A stretch of DNA of 64,000 nucleotides from a virus. Lineage: Duplodnaviria; Caudoviricetes. The stretch's first letter is position 1. Each line of letters opens with the position of its first letter. This document shows positions 59,913-64,000 of this stretch, in pieces. A model generated the notes under the pieces. That model was not told the DNA's origin, did not search any database, and worked only from the letters and a program-made list of their open reading frames with translations. Where the stretch lies: the IMG/VR virus record IMGVR_UViG_2895548450_000001, positions 26,778-90,777 of that record. One strand, given 5' to 3'. The position numbers and the translations under genes are program-made.

Positions 59913-61918
59913 TGAAGACTAAGTTAAGAGTATCAAAAGAAGATTTTGAAAGAATACTTCTATCAGAAACGGCCCCTGTTGATATATCAATTATTTTTTC
60001 GAACCACCATTTTTACAGTCATATGAAACGGGAAAGTTCTGACAATCTCTATCAGTTCGTGAACTTTATGTTCGGAAAAAATGATGATGTGTCATATTTT
60101 CCATTGAAGTATCCAATCCTAAAAGGTATGGATGGTGAAACTAGAACTATTTCTTTGCTTCATCCTTCGTCTCAAAATCTTTTAAAATCAGCGATTAAAA
60201 TATTTGGAAATCGAATTATTAACCATTGTTCAATGAGCATAGCTAGCTTGAGATACCCTAGGAAAATTTCTTCGACTTTCCCGGTTATCAAATCGAATAG
60301 AGACACAAGCCATTTTAAGGGCTCTGAAGTAACAACCGAAAAAAGTGAAAACTCATTTAAGTACGTAACGTCATATTTCTCATATAAACCGTTCTCTCAA
60401 CTACATCATTTTTTTGAATCAAGAGATTACCTTAACCTTGAATCGAAATTTATAAATTTGTGGTCTTTAGACATTTCCCGTTGTTTCGATAGTATTTACA
60501 CACATTCTTTTTCATGGGCGGTCAAAGGAAAAGAGCTATCTCAAAATTCAACAACGACGTACGACTTTGGAAATGCATTAGATCGTGTAATGCAATTATC
60601 TAACAATCGTGAAACTAATGGTATACCAGTAGGGAACGAATTTTCTAGACTGTTCGTCGAAGTAATACTTCAGGACGTTGATAATAGAGTTATAAATATC
60701 TTAAACGAAGAACCTTATAACCTTACTTACGGCAAAGACTATGTTTTTAAAAGATATGTTGATGATTACTATTTGTTCTTCAATAAAGACGCTGTGGGAA
60801 ACAATTTAAAAATAGAACTTGAGAAGACTTTGCGTTTTTATAAGCTTTTTCTGCAGCCTAACAAATCTATAAAACTCACTAGACCTCTAATAACTGACAT
60901 TACTAGAGCAAAGGTCCAAGTAAACGAAATAATAAATGACTTTTTAGATACCACACTGTTTGAAAAGCGCGTTGATGGAGCACTAAGCCCAAATAAGATT
61001 TACTCATCTTCAAAAGTTTTGAGAAGCTTCATAGATAAGGTAATGAATGCGTGCTACCAAAGCGAACGGTCGTATAAGAGTATGGCTTCGTATTGTATCG
61101 GAGCAATTAAAAAGAGAGTTAGCTTAATTAGTTTCCCTAGAGAAGGAAGTGACGAAGAGAGGCAAGAGTACGTTAAGAATCTAGTTTTAGTTATTAAAGT
61201 TTTAATCGAAGCTATCTTTCACTTTTTTCAAGTTAACCCGACTTCGAAAAGTAGCCTATCCATATCCCAAATCTCCTACATCATTAAAGAGTTGGCTTCT
61301 ATTGATAAGGATTTAGAAGTTGAAGTCGAGTTTTTAATTAGCGCTGAAATAAAACGTTTTTTTGAAAGTGGATGTTTTGATTTTTTAAGCAATAAGAATA
61401 GAAAGTTCTTGCCCGTTGAGTTCTCCAATCTACTCTGTGTGTCTAGAAATATATGTCCTCACCATCTTCTCTCGGAGTCAATGCTCATGCACATATTTAA
61501 GATAGATGATATGGAAAGGAGCTCTACACTTTATTTAGAAATTGAAGAGTCGTGCGATTATTTTCAGATTATCGCGGCGCTGTATTATATTGGCGATAAT
61601 GAAAGATACTCAAAAATTAGAAGAAAAATTATAAGTACCGTCCATGAACGACTTAAAAATGGAATGCGGTACTTTCGCGTTGACGCACGAATTACATATT
61701 TATTTCTTGATTGCATGTCATGCCCCTACATACCTAACGGGAAAAAAGAAGAATGGAATAATTTATTCTATGTACATACCGGCGTTAAATCTGCATTAAA
61801 CGGAATGGATAAAGCTGCTACTTTTGACTTACTAACAAAACACTCGTGGTTTGTTACGTGGGACAGCCTCGAACTATGGAATATTTTATGTAGAAAAGAA
61901 ATCTTGTTCGGCTATTAA
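59912..61918 (+). CDS. drt3b: Antiphage reverse transcriptase Drt3b (UG8-type)
   Basis: IIFSN, LLHP, DISRCFDSIYTHSFSWA, ETNGIPVGNEFSR, RYVDDY. Confidence 0.88.
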   Translation: MKTKLRVSKEDFERILLSETAPVDISIIFSNHHFYSHMKRESSDNLYQFVNFMFGKNDDVSYFPLKYPILKGMDGETRTISLLHPSSQNLLKSAIKIFGNRIINHCSMSIASLRYPRKISSTFPVIKSNRDTSHFKGSEVTTEKSENSFKYVTSYFSYKPFSQLHHFFESRDYLNLESKFINLWSLDISRCFDSIYTHSFSWAVKGKELSQNSTTTYDFGNALDRVMQLSNNRETNGIPVGNEFSRLFVEVILQDVDNRVINILNEEPYNLTYGKDYVFKRYVDDYYLFFNKDAVGNNLKIELEKTLRFYKLFLQPNKSIKLTRPLITDITRAKVQVNEIINDFLDTTLFEKRVDGALSPNKIYSSSKVLRSFIDKVMNACYQSERSYKSMASYCIGAIKKRVSLISFPREGSDEERQEYVKNLVLVIKVLIEAIFHFFQVNPTSKSSLSISQISYIIKELASIDKDLEVEVEFLISAEIKRFFESGCFDFLSNKNRKFLPVEFSNLLCVSRNICPHHLLSESMLMHIFKIDDMERSSTLYLEIEESCDYFQIIAALYYIGDNERYSKIRRKIISTVHERLKNGMRYFRVDARITYLFLDCMSCPYIPNGKKEEWNNLFYVHTGVKSALNGMDKAATFDLLTKHSWFVTWDSLELWNILCRKEILFGY

Positions 61919-61940
61919 AATTCAGTTACATTAAAACCTC

Positions 61941-62088
61941 TAGGGGAGCTCTGGATACCTAAACACCTCTGCCGATAAGGCAGTCCAGTAAGGGTATTTA
62001 AGTTGCGGTTGGCTCGTTCAAGCCGATGCAACGTTATCAGTCATAAAAAGCTGGTAGTGCTCTATGCACACACAACTCAGCTCCCCTA
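61941..62088 (+). ncRNA. DRT3-associated ncRNA with ACACACA tract
   Basis: Closed by TAGGGGAGCT (61941)/AGCTCCCCTA (62079); internal hairpins; ACACACA 62068-62074; position matches DRT3 layout. Confidence 0.78.
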
Positions 62089-62168
62089 CCCCCGTTTCCT
62101 TTTTCGTTGTTATAGCTCATTAAACAGCGATTAAAATCACTGTACGTTAGTTGAAGATATTTAAATCA

Positions 62169-62735
62169 TCAGGTGTTCCAGTGCCTTTTGACTGTCGCAA
62201 TCCCTAAACCCAGAATTTCTGCAGTTTTTGACTGAGACAATCCTTCAGCTTTCTTCTCCTGAACGGACAACTTTGTTGCTATAGCCGCAGGTCTGCCGAG
62301 CTTCTTTCCCTCTGCTTTAGCTCGCTCAAGCCCTTCTCTTGTCCTCTCTCTAATTCTATTACGCTCAAACTCTGCAAATGCTGAGAACATTTGAAGCATA
62401 AGCTTACCTTCTGCACTAGAAAGATCAGCCACTGGCAAATCTAGGCACACCACCTTGATTCCTTTATCAGTGAGTATATTAATTGTACTTTGCACATCAA
62501 TGTTGTCTCGACCTAAACGGTCTAATTTCAAAACCACCAGCATATCGCCCTTTTCCATCTTGTGGTTGATGAGCATTTTAAACTTTTCCCGTTTAATAGC
62601 TTCAACTGAACCTGAAACCGTTTCACTAACTATCCGTGAATCGATGACTTCATATCCTTTTTGACGGATGGCTATTACTTGGTTTTCTGTCGTTTGCTCT
62701 GTGGTAGAAACTCGACAATAAGCAAATATACGCAT
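62169..62735 (-). CDS. Serine recombinase (resolvase/invertase)
   Basis: MRIFAYCRVST, LDRLGR, FAEFER, GRP, C-terminal HTH; ATG 62735. Confidence 0.93.
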   Translation of the reverse strand: MRIFAYCRVSTTEQTTENQVIAIRQKGYEVIDSRIVSETVSGSVEAIKREKFKMLINHKMEKGDMLVVLKLDRLGRDNIDVQSTINILTDKGIKVVCLDLPVADLSSAEGKLMLQMFSAFAEFERNRIRERTREGLERAKAEGKKLGRPAAIATKLSVQEKKAEGLSQSKTAEILGLGIATVKRHWNT

Positions 62736-62756
62736 TATTCGATTAACTTCCTTTTT

Positions 62757-62876
62757 AGTATCATTTATTGAGGTATCATATAATATTAGCATCATTATTT
62801 AAAGACCCTACTTTTATGATACCAACCAAGACATAAAAAAGCTGGTATCAACATACGAATGTTTATTGATACCAGC
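62757..62876. promoter_or_regulatory. res-like site for the serine recombinase
   Basis: Several GTATCA/TGATAC half-sites; perfect IR GCTGGTATCAA 62841 / TTGATACCAGC 62866. Confidence 0.55.
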
Positions 62877-62899
62877 TGAGATTGACCTACTTATGAATG

Positions 62900-64000
62900 T
62901 TATATATTCCCTTTCATTTGCTGGAACTGCATGAACTGTTTAAATTGTTCCTCCATATCATGTGAGGTATTTTGTGCAGGCTTCGACAGTTTCCGAAGCA
63001 GTTCAGCTTGTTTATAGTCAGGAACATCTCCATAGCTATAAAAACTTGTTAGCACACTCTCATGCCCTAGATTCTGACTCCACGCCTTAAACTCTTCTGG
63101 CGTCTGACAAAGCTTTTCGCCTAAACGCACTAAGGTGTTTCGAAAACTGTGTGGATTGAAATAGGGTAATTCAGCTAGGGCGAATGCTTGCGCAAATATT
63201 TTACGAATCGGATTGGCATTGCTCCAATGCTCATCAAGTAACCCTACCGCTTCAAATTGCTGATTAGCATCATGAGCCAGCTTTGTTTTTGGAAACAATG
63301 GTGAATTCTGTTTGTATCCTAATTCGGTCACTAAGTAATCAACCCAATCAGCTAGTATTTTATGTGGCAACTCTCCTACTGGGAAAAAATAAGTAGTGAA
63401 TGTTTTACTAAATTTCGTATTCACGTCTCTAGCATCTTGATAAAAGCTATGGTCAGCGAGATCAACATGCTTAATTTTTGAAGAGGCAACTGCTCCGTCT
63501 CGCGCACCAGTCAGAATAACAAATGCTATTAAAGCTCTGTCTCGCATTTCAATTGAAGTCGAACAAGGCATTCCTTCTAGGGTTTTAACGATTTGTTCAA
63601 TTGTCGCCACACTCCTTTTACGCTTTGCATTTCCAATACGAGTGTCTTTTTCCGATAGATTGAAATATTCGATGTCACTATAGTTAACTTTTGCGCGATA
63701 TCCTTTTTGAGTAGCTAAGTATTGGAAAAACGCTTTTAGGTGACGGGTCGCTGTAAGCACCGTTGCTTTACTCAGTTTTTCACCAGTTGCTAGAGACTTT
63801 TTGCTAAGAAGATTCTTTTTAAAAGCAATCGCATGCTTTGCCCTAAATTTCCTAAAGTCTATATACCCTGTGAAATCTTCAAAGCGATTTATAGATTTGA
63901 GAGCGCCATCAATCGTCGAGTCATCTAAGCGCTTTGCTTCCTTCAAAAACTTTGTATATTCGTAGATAATTCGGGCATTATTTGTACTATTATTTTTCAT
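62900..64000 (-). CDS. Tyrosine recombinase (XerC/D-like)
   Basis: RDRAL..LTGAR, TK, PHSFR, LGH, Y. Confidence 0.88.
   Translation of the reverse strand: MKNNSTNNARIIYEYTKFLKEAKRLDDSTIDGALKSINRFEDFTGYIDFRKFRAKHAIAFKKNLLSKKSLATGEKLSKATVLTATRHLKAFFQYLATQKGYRAKVNYSDIEYFNLSEKDTRIGNAKRKRSVATIEQIVKTLEGMPCSTSIEMRDRALIAFVILTGARDGAVASSKIKHVDLADHSFYQDARDVNTKFSKTFTTYFFPVGELPHKILADWVDYLVTELGYKQNSPLFPKTKLAHDANQQFEAVGLLDEHWSNANPIRKIFAQAFALAELPYFNPHSFRNTLVRLGEKLCQTPEEFKAWSQNLGHESVLTSFYSYGDVPDYKQAELLRKLSKPAQNTSHDMEEQFKQFMQFQQMKGNI

Larger units (their letters stand above)
54836..64000. mobile_element. Second ssrA-integrated genomic (defence) island, continues past window
   Basis: P4-type integrase next to att, AT-rich DRT3 cargo, two more recombinases. 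Confidence 0.85.

Noticed and set aside
58662-61918. RTs as retron, group II intron or DGR
   Set aside because: Two coupled RTs; no VTG motif, maturase domain or TR/VR pair seen; motifs fit DRT3

Overview
Positions 1 to ~54835 are the right-hand part of a large temperate prophage of a gammaproteobacterium. It has a leftward head/packaging module, a rightward 10.9-27.3 kb array of small early/accessory genes, a control locus at 27.4-28.9 kb, a self-sufficient replication/recombination module (ligase, SNF2 helicase, PolA, exonucleases, RdgC, ProQ/FinO, resolvase, SbcCD-like pair) and xis/int. It ends in a copy of the tmRNA (ssrA) 3' end. A second island follows directly: P4/CP4-57-type integrase, UvrD-like helicase, a two-RT DRT3 antiphage system with a downstream structured ncRNA carrying an ACACACA tract, and serine and tyrosine recombinases. 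Patterns the gene list does not explain: (1) an unannotated 50-aa secreted peptide gene converging on a membrane protein + XRE regulator operon at the control locus, a candidate peptide-signalling lysis/lysogeny switch; (2) twelve G6-AACATT-C6 palindromes punctuating the early genes; (3) a prophage-wide GGAAATTGACGATG start-site motif (~40 copies); (4) five co-oriented GCTGGTGG Chi octamers in 750 bp; (5) a shared CACA-N7-TGTG operator. All calls come from reading motifs by eye; no database searches were run and counts are manual.
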